DNA of 64,000 nucleotides from Paraphysomonas bandaiensis (lineage: Eukaryota > Protista > Chrysophyceae): the NCBI GenBank assembly GCA_965644295.1, contig CBFFRP010000288.1:434001-498000 (forward strand), written 5' to 3'. The position numbers were made by a program, and so were the translations under genes. Of the stretch, positions 40,203-51,698 are shown piece after piece. Below the pieces are notes generated by a model. It ran no database searches, was not told the origin of the DNA, and saw only the letters and a list, made by a program, of their open reading frames with translations. Numbering within the stretch: the stretch's first letter is position 1; the number at the start of each line of letters is the position of its first letter.

Positions 40203-41154
40203 TAGTAGTGAACGTCTTATCAGTAGCAATAGGCGAGGAAGAGTCAGAACTAAAAGGTCAGTGATATTATTTAGATCAGTCGCATCACAAGGTAACTATA
40301 ACAGTAAAATTTTACATCTTGTTGCAGACAAATAAGTAATATTTATGAAATATACTACATAGAAACGCTAGTCCAGCAATGTACCAGTTAAATTTAAATA
40401 ACTTAGTAGTTGTAGCTAGAGTAGACGCGGTGCATCTCCAGGGTTTTATAGTTTTAAATAACTTCTTTCAAGTTGCACAAATAGCTCCCGACCTGAATGT
40501 AGTGGGGCATATATATTACTTATGATATACGCTGCTAACAGTCAGATTTTATGAAAATGATTTTCAATACAAGTGTGGTACAGCTCGACTTATTATCAGC
40601 CACACCATCACCAAAGTGGGAGCCTTAATGAATAACTGCCACCTGTATATCCCCACCTGCCACAAGTCTCAACCTCATCAGTATATCGGGCAGTTTTTTT
40701 ATACAACCTGACTTACAGATATTCACAAGTGGTTCTAAAAGTGCAGATAAGAAGGGTGTTCTAAAAACTAAAACACGGAATTTGCTAAACATGGTGTCCC
40801 TTCGGAGTCAAGGACACCGTAGGACATACGCCCGTGAGTAGCTCCCACACATACTCAAGTGCGGGGGATTGGGCTGCCTACCGAAGCCAAGCATTCGGAC
40901 TGTTCACCACAAGGGCTCAAATATCCTGAAGTCAGCAGATGTCAGGTATATTATCATTCTGCTAGCTCACTGCGTTTGCTTTGAGTGATAGAGCGAAAGC
41001 GGTTACACCTTGGTGCTTGTGGTGACGCATAAAAGCAGCTTTAGTAGCGTTAAAAAGTAGGATATCAGATATAAGCACAAGTTAGTTTAACGGCAATGCT
41101 AAATTAGTTCTGACTCGTAAACACCTATTGCTAATAATAAAACATTTACTACTG
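40203..41154. mobile_element. Non-autonomous element bounded by two inward-facing ~50-bp repeat-family ends; contains copy C (40861-41154, minus; core 40927-40951)
   Basis: 40204-40253 is the reverse complement of 41104-41153 (paired coordinates sum to 81357). Termini (T/C)AGTAGT; flanking 8-mers GTCATTGA and GTCTTAAA match 5/8 (possible decayed hAT-type TSD). Confidence 0.5.
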
Positions 41155-43202
41155 GTCTTAAACATAATTAAACCTCTAGTTTCAATTTTAATTTAGAGTT
41201 TGTAGTATCTGTCTGATAATCGCACTCATTATGTTGGCTCGTGAATAATATTCTTCACAGCTTGTCACTGCACAAAACACCACTGTAAAACAAATGCAAA
41301 ACAAAATGAGTTCTCCTTTTCTCTGTTAGAACCGCCTCTTTTGCCCGCTTTGTGTCAATATGCTTGTAAGAGTGTATGAAAATGTGTTTACCAAAAGCGC
41401 GCTAGTTACGTATTTGGGGAGTAACTTCATTTCTCCTCTCCCCAGCTGAGTAATCCCGTCTTTGAATACATTGAACACATAAGAATATCGACACTTTGTG
41501 TTACAGTATGTAACTTATGAAGGAACGTGTGATATGGCCTTACGCAACATGTTGGTGTATGTCGTTTTAGCTGGTAGCTAAGTCGTGTAGTGCAATGTAG
41601 CTATTGCAGCAGCACTACTATTAGAATATATTCTAATGCAACAGTGGTTGTACATTGGTGCTTGAAGAGTGTGCAAATTTTTTTCGTTGTATAAAATTTG
41701 ATAAGATTTAGCGTCTTCGAACTAGTTTACATTGCTGATATTTACATATTCACACATTATGTATGATATAACGTATTCTGTACATATCATGTTATGCATA
41801 TATATAGCAAAATGGTTGATCATGTGATATATTTAGAATTTATATAAGTGTACACATACTTTACAATAAAATGACATTTCATGCATATATTAATCAGACT
41901 TAACAATGAAGGGTAGTAGTAAATAATGGTAACATATATATCCTTGACTACATATTTTGTGATACCAGGGTATCTAGTACAGGAGGTTCATCAAGTCCAG
42001 AAAGTGTGTCTACAGCCCTGGCTTGCTTCTCAAGGGCTGCATCAATCACAAGTATAATCACATCCCTCTTGCTTGATCTTCTTAACTCTACACCAATAAG
42101 ATAGATTTAAGCTCTGCCTTGCGACCCCTGCTTAGGCTCCTCCGCCATAAAAACAATCAACATCAATAAATGTATCTACAACTACTGACTAGCTATAAGC
42201 AACTTACCAAGTCAAGAAATTGCATCTTATTGTTAATTGTTAGTACTTTTCTATCTGCGATTCTCTGGCCAAAGTAAATGACGTCCATTCACTTTCAATA
42301 CCAACATACCAGTCTCATCTAGTTGACTGATGTTAATTCGTCATCAAGTAAAAAGGATGATAAATTGTAGTTGCTGCAAAATACATCTAGTTCAAAAGCA
42401 ACATACATACAAATTCTCTTAACATCGAAAGTTAATGGAAGCTGGTGGGCTTTCGGTAGTGTGGTTGTTAATATAAACCACAGTATTCCTGTGGAGATAT
42501 GAGTATTCGATTGAGTCAACAACATGTTTTGAGACAAAATGGGGATAATTTATTATTCTATGACTTACGTATTCAATTCATGCGCATCTCATGAATGTGT
42601 ATCTGAAAAGCAGTGCACTGCCTTATGTTTTCCAACAAAGATACTTTTAGACCGGAAGGATAAGTCTGCTTCTTAAGGCAATAACTTGAAAAGGCATCCT
42701 CGACTCGAGAGTAGTTTGAAAACTAATATAATTTTACAATTTATCATGCGTTGTACTCCAGGCTCAAAAATATATATGAAAAGCGGAATTTGAATCTCCT
42801 TCATTGACGGTATGAAATCCCGTCACACCCTCATTCTGAAGTTTACACAACTCAGTATCGGTTAAATTTCCAACGACTAAAACAGTTCACTCTAACACAT
42901 ATCGAAGGTATATCAGATGCAAAATGCATTAGTTATTCGTGCTAATGTCGTCATAGCAATAAAACACTCATGATAAATACTCAATTCCACAACAACAATC
43001 GTGGCCCGTATACTAGAGCATCAAGAGATCCAACCAAGCAATGGAAACTGCAGAATAAAGGACGTAGCAAATATAGAAGGAGTACAACTTGGAAGCAGTG
43101 TAGTGGGAAGTAAGCCGAACACTTTCAGTGTGAGGGTATTCCTTATAGATTTAGGAACATTTTCAGCAACATTTAAATTTTGTTCCTGGCAAAGTCGGCA
43201 GC

Positions 43203-43699
43203 AGGAATCCTATGGCATATGTGAATAAGAAATACATGTAATACCGAAAAATACAGTATAACGAATACAGTATACAGAGAAACAATACCAACTTTTGCTG
43301 TATAACTAATTCACCAATCATATTATCCCAAGCATAATCTATTCGACAGTAATCACTGTATGTGTGTATGTGCTGCTGTGGCACACAACCAACAGTTAGA
43401 TATGAGAGGTGACGGTAACCAAAGTCAAGCTATCGTCACGTAAGCCAATTAAATGATAATCACACATAACCATTCGATGAGAGCGCACCACTCTGCTTAC
43501 GAGAATTGGAATTGGACAGACATCACTTATTCTCGATGCTGATTACATGACGAGCGGGAAGGCAGCTTTACCGTCACCTGGAATGTATGGCAGCTAAAAG
43601 GATGATGTGATGACTTCATATCCAATTCAAAGTCGTCACTGATCAGAAAGATGGTTTGGATAATTCATTTTTAACACTATTGTGAATTGAATAATCATC
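43203..43699 (+). promoter_or_regulatory. Duplicated upstream region of FAS/PKS copy 2 with TGACG x5 and CCAAT x4
   Basis: TGACG/CGTCA at 43410, 43434, 43548, 43572, 43634; CCAAT/ATTGG at 43445, 43505, 43511, 43622; 12-bp inverted pair AGGTGACGGTAA (43407) / TTACCGTCACCT (43568). Confidence 0.55.
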
Positions 43700-46600
43700 A
43701 TGGTTTACATAACAGGATTCAGTGGGAGGTTTCCGTCAAGTGAGTCTATAGGTAGTTTTTGGAGCAATCTGTGCGATGGGGTTGATCTTGTAACTGAGAA
43801 TTCATCGCGATATCCCGAAGGGTATGCTGGTCTCCCTTCAAGGCAGGCTCAGATAGGAACTATACAAAAGTTTGATGCCATGTTTTTTGGCATCAGTTCT
43901 GCACAGGCCTCGTGCCTGGATCCTCAGCTCCGTGTTCTATTAGAAGTTGTATATGAGGCGATTAGTGACGCCGGCTACACTATGGAGGATCTCGCACGGT
44001 CTAGTACTGGAGTATATGTAGGTGGATGCTTCAGTGACATGCACAAGGCCTTATTAAAAGATGTCCGTACAATTACTGGTTATGAGAACACTGGCTGCTC
44101 ACACTCAATGTTCGCTAACCGTATCTCCTTCTGCTTTGACTTCACTGGTCCCTCCCTTACGATAGATACCGCCTGCTCTAGCTCTCTAGTTGCTATGGAC
44201 ATCGCGGCACGCGATGTAATGTCAGGCAAAGTGTCACGAGCAATAGTGGCTGGTGTATCCATTGCTACTGACCCAGGTAATGTGCAGATGTAATGCGCCA
44301 TATGATACATCTCATATTGTTTATATTTAATAGGTGTATTCAAGAGCTTTGCCTCGTACGGAATGCTCTCACCTGATGGCAAGTGCCACTCGTTCGATGA
44401 TCGCGCCAATGGCTATGTGCGTGCTGATGGCGTTGGAGCTGTTCTCTTGGAGGCTCCGTCAGTTTGCTCTGATGTAGGGATCATGCGCATTCTGGGCACA
44501 GGATCCAACTCGGATGGCTGCAAATCGAAGGGTATTACCTACCCGGACTCCAACCAACAAATCGCTCTCTGCCAAAGCGTGTGCACTGAGTTCAACATTG
44601 ATCCCTCTAAAGTTGTGTACGTGGAAGCCCACGGAACGGGTACAGTTGCTGGAGATGGCCAAGAGTTACGTGCCATCGACACTGCCTATGGTACAGTGAA
44701 GACCCGTGGAAACACTCTAATTGGAAGTGTCAAGTCAAACATGGGTCACGCGGAAGGAGCCTCTGGCATGATGTCACTTATCAAAGTATTGGGCATCGTT
44801 TGTGAGGGTACAGTTCCAACCAATCTGCATTACCAAGGCACTACCCTGCATGAGCCCATCATCAGTGATCGTTTGCGAGTTGCCAACTTCACTCAGCCTC
44901 TTCCAACTGCTACAACTTCGGGCGAACCACCTCTAATTGCGATAAATAACTTTGGGTTTGGAGGTACCAATGCGCATATGGTGGTCTGCAGTGGTGGCCG
45001 ACCAGTTGTTGACGATGTGTCAACTACAAGATTTATATTTGGCCGCAGCGAGGGAGCACTTCAAGCCTATCACAGCTCTGGGAACCTCAACCTCGCCGCC
45101 TGGCAGGTACTTATGCGTAGCAGCACTGCCACCAACAAGTTTCCGTGGAGAGGAGTGGTTTCTGCTGATGGAAAAGAACTGACGACCTCGAGTGTTCCTG
45201 CGACGAAGCCATTGGTGGCTTTCTGTTATACTGGGCAAGGGTGTCAGTGGAAGGGAATGGCTACTGAGCTGTGGCAAGACAACAGCAATACTACTTTTCG
45301 CTCTACCATCACAGAGGCCTGCAGTGAGCTTCCAGTGAACGTTGATGATCTGTTTACTCTCGGGGATAAGTGGATGAATAAGCAGTGGTCTGGATTCGGT
45401 ATTACTCTTGTACAGCTTGGATTAACAGCAATGCTCAAGGAATCTGGTGTTGAACCTGATTTCATATTTGGTCATTCGGTGGGAGAAGTAGCCTGCGGAT
45501 ATGCTGATGGCTGCACCTCTGCGAAAGAAGCTGCACGCATTGCTTTTATGAGATGTCAGCTGAGTGACAAAATCAAAGCTACTGGCCTTATGCTTGCTGT
45601 GGGGCTAACTTACGACTCTGCTGTAGAACTAATCAAGCCGTACTCCGACACAGTTATAGCATGCCACAATTCACCTGATGGCGTGACTCTCAGTGGAAGT
45701 GACAGTGAAATTTCGGAGATTGCTTCTGCTTTGCAAGAGAAAGGTATTTTCGCGAGGACTGTCCCCACTGACGGCATTGCCTACCACTCTAAGTTCTTTC
45801 GTGACAACGCTGATAAGATTGAAGATATTCTGTCCTCTGTGATTATCGATACCCCTCCAGTGGAGCGTACGAAGAGGTGGCTCTCGTCTAGCTGTGTGGA
45901 ATGCAGAAATGGAGTTGACCATGACTGTGAGAAATATGCCAATGCGGCCTACCATACCAGAAACATCATTGGCCAAGTCAATTTCGATCCAGTTGTTCGA
46001 TCTCTACCTGTGGGAACTGTGATCGTAGAAGTCGGCCCCCATGCACTGTTAAAAAGTGTCATCAAGCGTTGTCGCGCTGCTGTGGATGATGGCGACGTTT
46101 GTATTTTGGAAACCATGCGTCGTGGCACCAGTGGAGTTGATACAATGAGAACTCTTGTAGATAATTTGTGGTTGCATGGTGTTCATTTCAATTTTCCACG
46201 TGTGACCCATATGGTCCCTATGAAGCACCGTGTGAATCTTCAGTGGGATCATGATACCGACTGGAGAATACCCACTTTCGAGGACTTCGACCGAAGCTCT
46301 GCGAACTCCTCTATCACCATTAAGTTCGACCTTGCCGGAAAGGATGCGTTTTTGATGGATCATATTATTGATGGTAGATCGCTGCTTCCAGCTACTGCCC
46401 ATGTGTATAGTGCCTGGTCTGCATACGGCACTGATGAAATTCACTTTGTGGATGTCAAAATATTCTCTGCTATTATCTTGGACGGGGTGTCGGTGTCACT
46501 TGTTGTGACAACAGATGAGAAAGGCTGGAAAATTCACCATGATGACAAGCTTGTCTCTCAGGGGTCCATCGCTTCAGAGTACCAAATTCCTTCTCACAGT

Positions 46601-49600
46601 ATTGATCGCACAGAGTCTGCATCGACTGAAGACAGCGTGTGGATTGATCGCGATGCAGTATATGCCCGTCTTGCTCGCTTTGGTTACGAGTATGGTGAAC
46701 ATTTCCAGAGTATCGAGAAGAGATCTTTCGATGGCACCAAGGTTCAGCTACGTCAGGCGAGCCACTGGATCGTATACTTGGACAACATACTACAGGCCTT
46801 TTTGAACCGGCCGACTGGATTATCTCTTCCCACCGCTATTGGTGCTGTATCCATCAACTGCAAGAATGTGAAGGACGCTGATCATCTTCTAATATCTAAT
46901 CGTGACTTACGTTCCTTTGGAAATAAAGACGTTGTCATCCGCGGATTAAAAACGACTTTGGCCCGCAAGGTACACAAGCAGCCGACTATTCGAGGTGTAG
47001 AGTTCGTTCCATATGGTGGTCATGTGCTCGAGCATGAAGAGCAGTTCAAGCAGCAGCTGATGCAATGTCTTTCTGCAAGAGACTCCACTGGGAGCGTAAC
47101 CGACGACTTAGAGAACGTGGTACCGACTAAGAGTATTCGCTTGTATGTGGAGTCTGTTCATGCTGACGTGCTGAAGAGCACCAGCAGCTCCACAGTTCCT
47201 CGCTACAGCGACCAACTGTACTCCTCTGACCCCATTCTCTCTTGTCAATGGTGCACGGATGGGCTAGACATCATTTCTCAAATAATCAGAGAGAATCTCT
47301 CCCGATCATATTCAGTTGTTCATGTAGGAGACAGTACTGGTGTGGATGCGCTTTACAAGGTCATGTCCCCTATGATTGAACATGAGATGCTTTCTTATTC
47401 GTATCAGAATTCCTCAGTAGCTATCACCGCTGAAAACATTGATGTAATAATCTCCAGTAATGCTCTGTACAGTACACCAGATATCTCCTCATACTTGTCT
47501 GCTATGCACTCTGCACTTACTGAAGATGGATTTCTTGTTCTGCGGGAGTACATTGGCGCTCTACCGCAACTGCTCTGGGGTAGTGTTGTTGATTGCAGTT
47601 CTGTAGATGATGAGAGGCCCCATGGACGGTGGTTGAGCCAAGACAAGTGGGTGGACATGCTCACTGACGCGGGATTCAGTTCTGTAATTTGGTATACGGA
47701 CAAGAGTTCCTCAATGTTGGTTCTTCTTGCACGCAAGGCCGAGACTGATGTTCTTGCTGACCCCAGAGCAACTGTGAAGACCTACAATGAAATTTCCTCC
47801 GGTGTACCCTCAACAGTTTTGACATCAGATGTAGGATACCTGGGAATGGTGCGCAGCCTTCGTAAGGAACCTGGCTACACCTCTGTTCAGCTGGACCTTG
47901 ATATTTCCTCTGTGATGGGCCATCAACCAGTAATTTCCACGCAGTCATCTGATATTGTTCCAGAATTACCAATGTCTATCCGCTGTAATGGCACCCCTGG
48001 GGGATTCCATCAGGTTCCTTTGCGTCAGAAGCCAGATGTGAAAAACCGCGGATACCATCTCAAGGTTACCAAACCTGGCGATTTGGAGTCCCTCACTTGG
48101 GTTGAGAATGACGTTGAGCCTGACTGTGAGGTAAAGTTCTGTGGAATTAACTTCAAGGATGTCATGTTATCTTACGGAAAACTCACTAGCAATGAAGATG
48201 TCAAGATTGGTCTTGAGTTTAGCGGTGTTGTTGCTGGAAAGCCAGTTATGGGAATTGCATCTGGATGTATGGCCAGTCACATCAAGACAACAGATCATCT
48301 GCTGTGGGACATCCCTGCCTCACTTTCTCTAGAGGATGCGTGCACTATCCCTGTTGTGTACTCCACCGTGTATTATGCCCTGGTTGTAAAGGCTAATATT
48401 CGTCGTGGTCAGACTGTTTTAATTCACTCTATTGCTGGTGGAGTTGGCCAGGCTGCGTTCCACATCTGCAAGTTCCGTGGAGTCAATGTCATTGCTACGT
48501 GCTCTCACGCCAAAATGGAATGGGTTCATGCTAACTTAGGCATTGACAAGCGTTGCATTCTGGACTCCCACAGTGTTAAGTTCCGCGACGATGTGTTATG
48601 TCTTACTGAGGGAAGAGGTGTAGATGCGGTTCTCAACTCTCTGTCTGGAGATAAGCTGCAGGCTGGTCTGGACTGTGTGGCACAATACGGCCATTTCTGT
48701 GAGATTGGCAAGTACGATATCCAACAAAATATGCGCATTGGCATGGGTGTGTTTGAGAGAAATGTCAGCATTCATGGTTTTGACTTAAGTGATATGTTTT
48801 CCAAGCCTCAACTCTGGCAACCGGTGAGAGAATTGATGATTGAGGGTCTCAAGTCCGGTGAGGTGAAGCCGTTGTGCTCAACCGTGTTTGAAGATACGGA
48901 GCAGGCGCTGAGATATGTCAGTACTGGTAAGCATATCGGAAAGGTTATCGTTCGCGTTGATCAGTCGAAAATCTTTGGCAGAGATTCTGAGGCTGTACCT
49001 AAAGTGTCTCGTACTTTCCGCACCCGAGGAACGCATCTGGTAGTTGGTGGTCTGGGAGGGTTTGGAATGGAGCTGGTGCTCTTTCTTCAGTCACGAGGTG
49101 CCGAACGTATCATTATTGCCTCGCGCAGCGACCCAAAGCCCCACCAGAGGTTGACACTTGGCGAGGTTACTGTAACTCATGCAGATTTGAGGGACCCGCA
49201 GCAGTGTGAAGAGTTCATTTCCAGTGTCGGTGAAAACCTTGTCGGTGTTTGGCATTTGGGTATGGTGCTCAACGACCGCCTCTTCGACAAACTGTCTGAG
49301 AATGACTGGAATGAGACCGTGCGTGTAAAAGCGGATATGTGTAAGAACTTGGACGCTAGCACGAGGGCTCACTGCCCTTCTCTTGAGAACTTTGTCATGT
49401 GGAGCTCAGTCTCAGCTTTGTTTGGAAATCCGGGCCAGACCAACTACGCCTATGCCAACTCAGCTATGGAGGGAGTGTGTATGGCCCGCAGAGCAGTGGG
49501 ATTGCCCGGTGTGGCCATTCAGTGGGGATTCATTGGCACTGTTGGTGTTCTGATGAAGCAGCAAGCCACAAATACATCACTTGGATTCAGCCCCCAGCAC

Positions 49601-49912
49601 ATCGACAGCTGTTTGGAGTCACTCAACACTATTCTCTTCTCCGACCATGCTGTTGCCTCATGTTATATTCGCAGTAAATCAGATAGCTCAGGAGAAGAGT
49701 CAGGTGCTAAGACTCTGAGCACATCACAGCGTATTGCTCGTGTTCTTGGCTTGGACCCCGCCAAGATCAGCAGCACTGATATGCTTTCCACATTAGGAAT
49801 GGATTCCCTCCAGAGTGTTGAGGTCTCCAACGTTCTAAAGGCTGCTGGTCAAGTGAAGCCATTGGACGAGCTCCGATTTATGACGTGGACCGAAATCCTC
49901 TCGTTCGATTAG
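43700..49912 (+). CDS. Type I iterative FAS/PKS, animal-FASN-like, no TE; copy 2 (2051 aa, intron 44277-44333)
   Basis: Same motifs as copy 1. Exon 1 (577 nt) + exon 2 (5579 nt) join in frame (..TDPG VFKSFASYGMLSPDG..). Five amino-acid differences from copy 1 seen (N/D, V/L, T/I, L/I, S/R). Confidence 0.95.
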
Positions 49913-50233
49913 ATTAATTGGAATGACGTTTTCCCCAATTTTGAAACAATTTTTAGCGTTTGTCACTTTGAAGGCAATATATGATATTACAACCTTTTTG
50001 GATCTATGAAGTTTATTCTACTGCTTTAAGCCTTGCTTTTAATATTCAACTACAAGTTATATGAGTAAATCAGATTTTTACAAATTTTTGCTTATTTTGA
50101 ACTAAACATTACAGGAAGGAAATTGAATGAAATATATATTGCATGATGTAGGGATTAAATTTTAGCAACGAAGACGGTTTTCTACAATCTATACTAAATT
50201 ATTACAACACTTTTACACTGAAGCGTAACCTAG

Positions 50234-50359
50234 GATTAGAACTGCCCGCTGAAGACAAGTAATCGGGCTGAGTTCACCTTAAGTACTCAAAAATCCTGAA
50301 GTCAGCAGATGTCAGGTATATCAGCATTATACTTGCTCATTGTGTTTGCATTGAGTGAT
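50234..50359 (-). repeat. Dispersed repeat family, copy D (core 50297-50321)
   Basis: ATCCTGAAGTCAGCAGATGTCAGGTATAT with diverged flanks homologous to copies B and C. Confidence 0.88.
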
Positions 50360-51099
50360 TCATGTATAAAAGTCTTAGCAATAAGCGTCAAGAATCTGCA
50401 ATAGATAAGTAGCTAGATAAAGTGATTGATGCCGAATGTGTGTTCACATTATTCGACATCTGTGAGGGCTGTGGCCGAGAGGTAATGCGTTAAAGTTTCC
50501 ACATGGATACAATGTGATTAAACCTGTTATGATTGCCTAATTTTGGTTTCTCCTGATGGCCCATGTCATTGAGATTATAACAAGGCTTTGGCACTGCACT
50601 GTTCTCCAAGCTGTTCTTCAAGCATTGTCAAGTACATATGTTTTATCTTGCTTTCTAGAGGTGGTCATCGGAGCGGAGGTATACGGTTTCATACTAGAAT
50701 AAGTCACTCGGGAGAAGAGTGAAAGATAAATGCATATGTTGGACGAGTGCACACACAATGGAGGGAAGACATTGGAGTTCGCTTGAATTTTGGTAGATGT
50801 ATGTTTCATGCGTCAGGGTACAAAACTGCACAAGTGAGATCGCTTCGTGACTGTGAGAGGACTCGTCGATAGAGTATTTTTATAAATCAAACCTTATAAA
50901 ACAATTTTAGTAAAGCTTTCAATCTGTCATCTGCGTTTTCTGAAAAAGTGTGCCCTCTAATCTTTTACTTGATTTACCAAGTTTACATATATATATAACT
51001 TGGCCAATTTATCTAAAATATTAATTACGTTTCATCAAATTACTTATTTATTTTATCTTGATCTCTGCACCCTTCGCTACCAGCTCACACTCGAGACAT

Positions 51100-51550
51100 G
51101 AATTCACCGTCGAAATTGACTCCATATGGACACTGTCCAGATTCCCTTCTGGCTACTAGACAGACAACAGCACACAACTATTTCTCAAACTAGACTGTAC
51201 ACAGTCGCGCAACAACTGACCACTCTTATGAGGGCCTCGGGAAATGAAAAAGACAAATGCAATGGGTATGCCGCACTAGAGCCAAAACGAAACTTGGGCT
51301 TTTGACCCTAATAATTTTGCTTGCTCGGACTGCGGCAACCCCCTCAATTCCATCAACCACATGTGCCTCAACTGACCTCATCCACAGATGACTCAAATAT
51401 GTAAATCCGCATTATTCCAACATCACAAAAAATCTATTCATGCCCTGTGACGAGATACAACTGCCACACAGTGTGAGAGACGATAATCCTACAATCTCTC
51501 TCACAAGACATCAACCTCAATCCTTAGGAGCCCTGTCCCATACATAAAGT
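51100..51550 (+). pseudogene. Degenerate non-LTR retrotransposon (LINE) ORF2 C-terminal fragment
   Basis: 51322-51375 reads CSDCGNPLNSINHMCLN*, a Cx2Cx8Hx4C zinc knuckle with the last Cys replaced by TGA. C/A-rich strand; limits approximate. Confidence 0.5.
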
Positions 51551-51698
51551 CTGATTATTCAGAAATTGGCATGTTAATGTTAAAACGAAACAAGAAATCT
51601 ATCTTTAGTACTTAATACTAATATCCTACTATTTGACGCTACGGAGGCTGCTTGTGCGTCGCCGCAAGCACCAAAGTTCGACCACCTCCGCTCTCTAT

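Larger units (their letters stand above)
31252..50187. repeat. Large palindrome: near-identical arms 31407-38205 and 43203-50001, 5.0-kb unique spacer, patchy homology out to ~31252/50187
   Basis: Paired coordinates sum to 81408 throughout (31496/49912, 37708/43700, 38205/43203), so there are no indels. About 15-20 substitutions seen by eye. Confidence 0.97.

Noticed and set aside
41653-42989. Expected mirror-image pseudogene of the questin oxidase in the right half of the spacer
   Set aside because: No recognisable similarity; only a short stop-interrupted frame near 41945-42148 with no identifiable motif.
31731-49677. Many short ORFs overlapping the FAS/PKS genes, each present twice
   Set aside because: Antisense or out-of-frame shadows, duplicated only because of the palindrome.
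31496-49912. Low intron density of the PKS as evidence of horizontal transfer
   Set aside because: The native kinesin and mucin genes also have very long exons, so this is not diagnostic without a phylogeny.
7761-50321. Invariant 25-nt repeat as CRISPR repeat or Fanzor/TnpB omega-RNA
   Set aside because: Copies are kilobases apart with homologous flanks rather than spacers, and no Cas/TnpB/Fanzor ORF is present in the window.
50466-50500. tRNA-like 5' start GGGCTGTGGCCGAGAGGTAATGCG
   Set aside because: No B-box/T-arm or acceptor-stem partner downstream.
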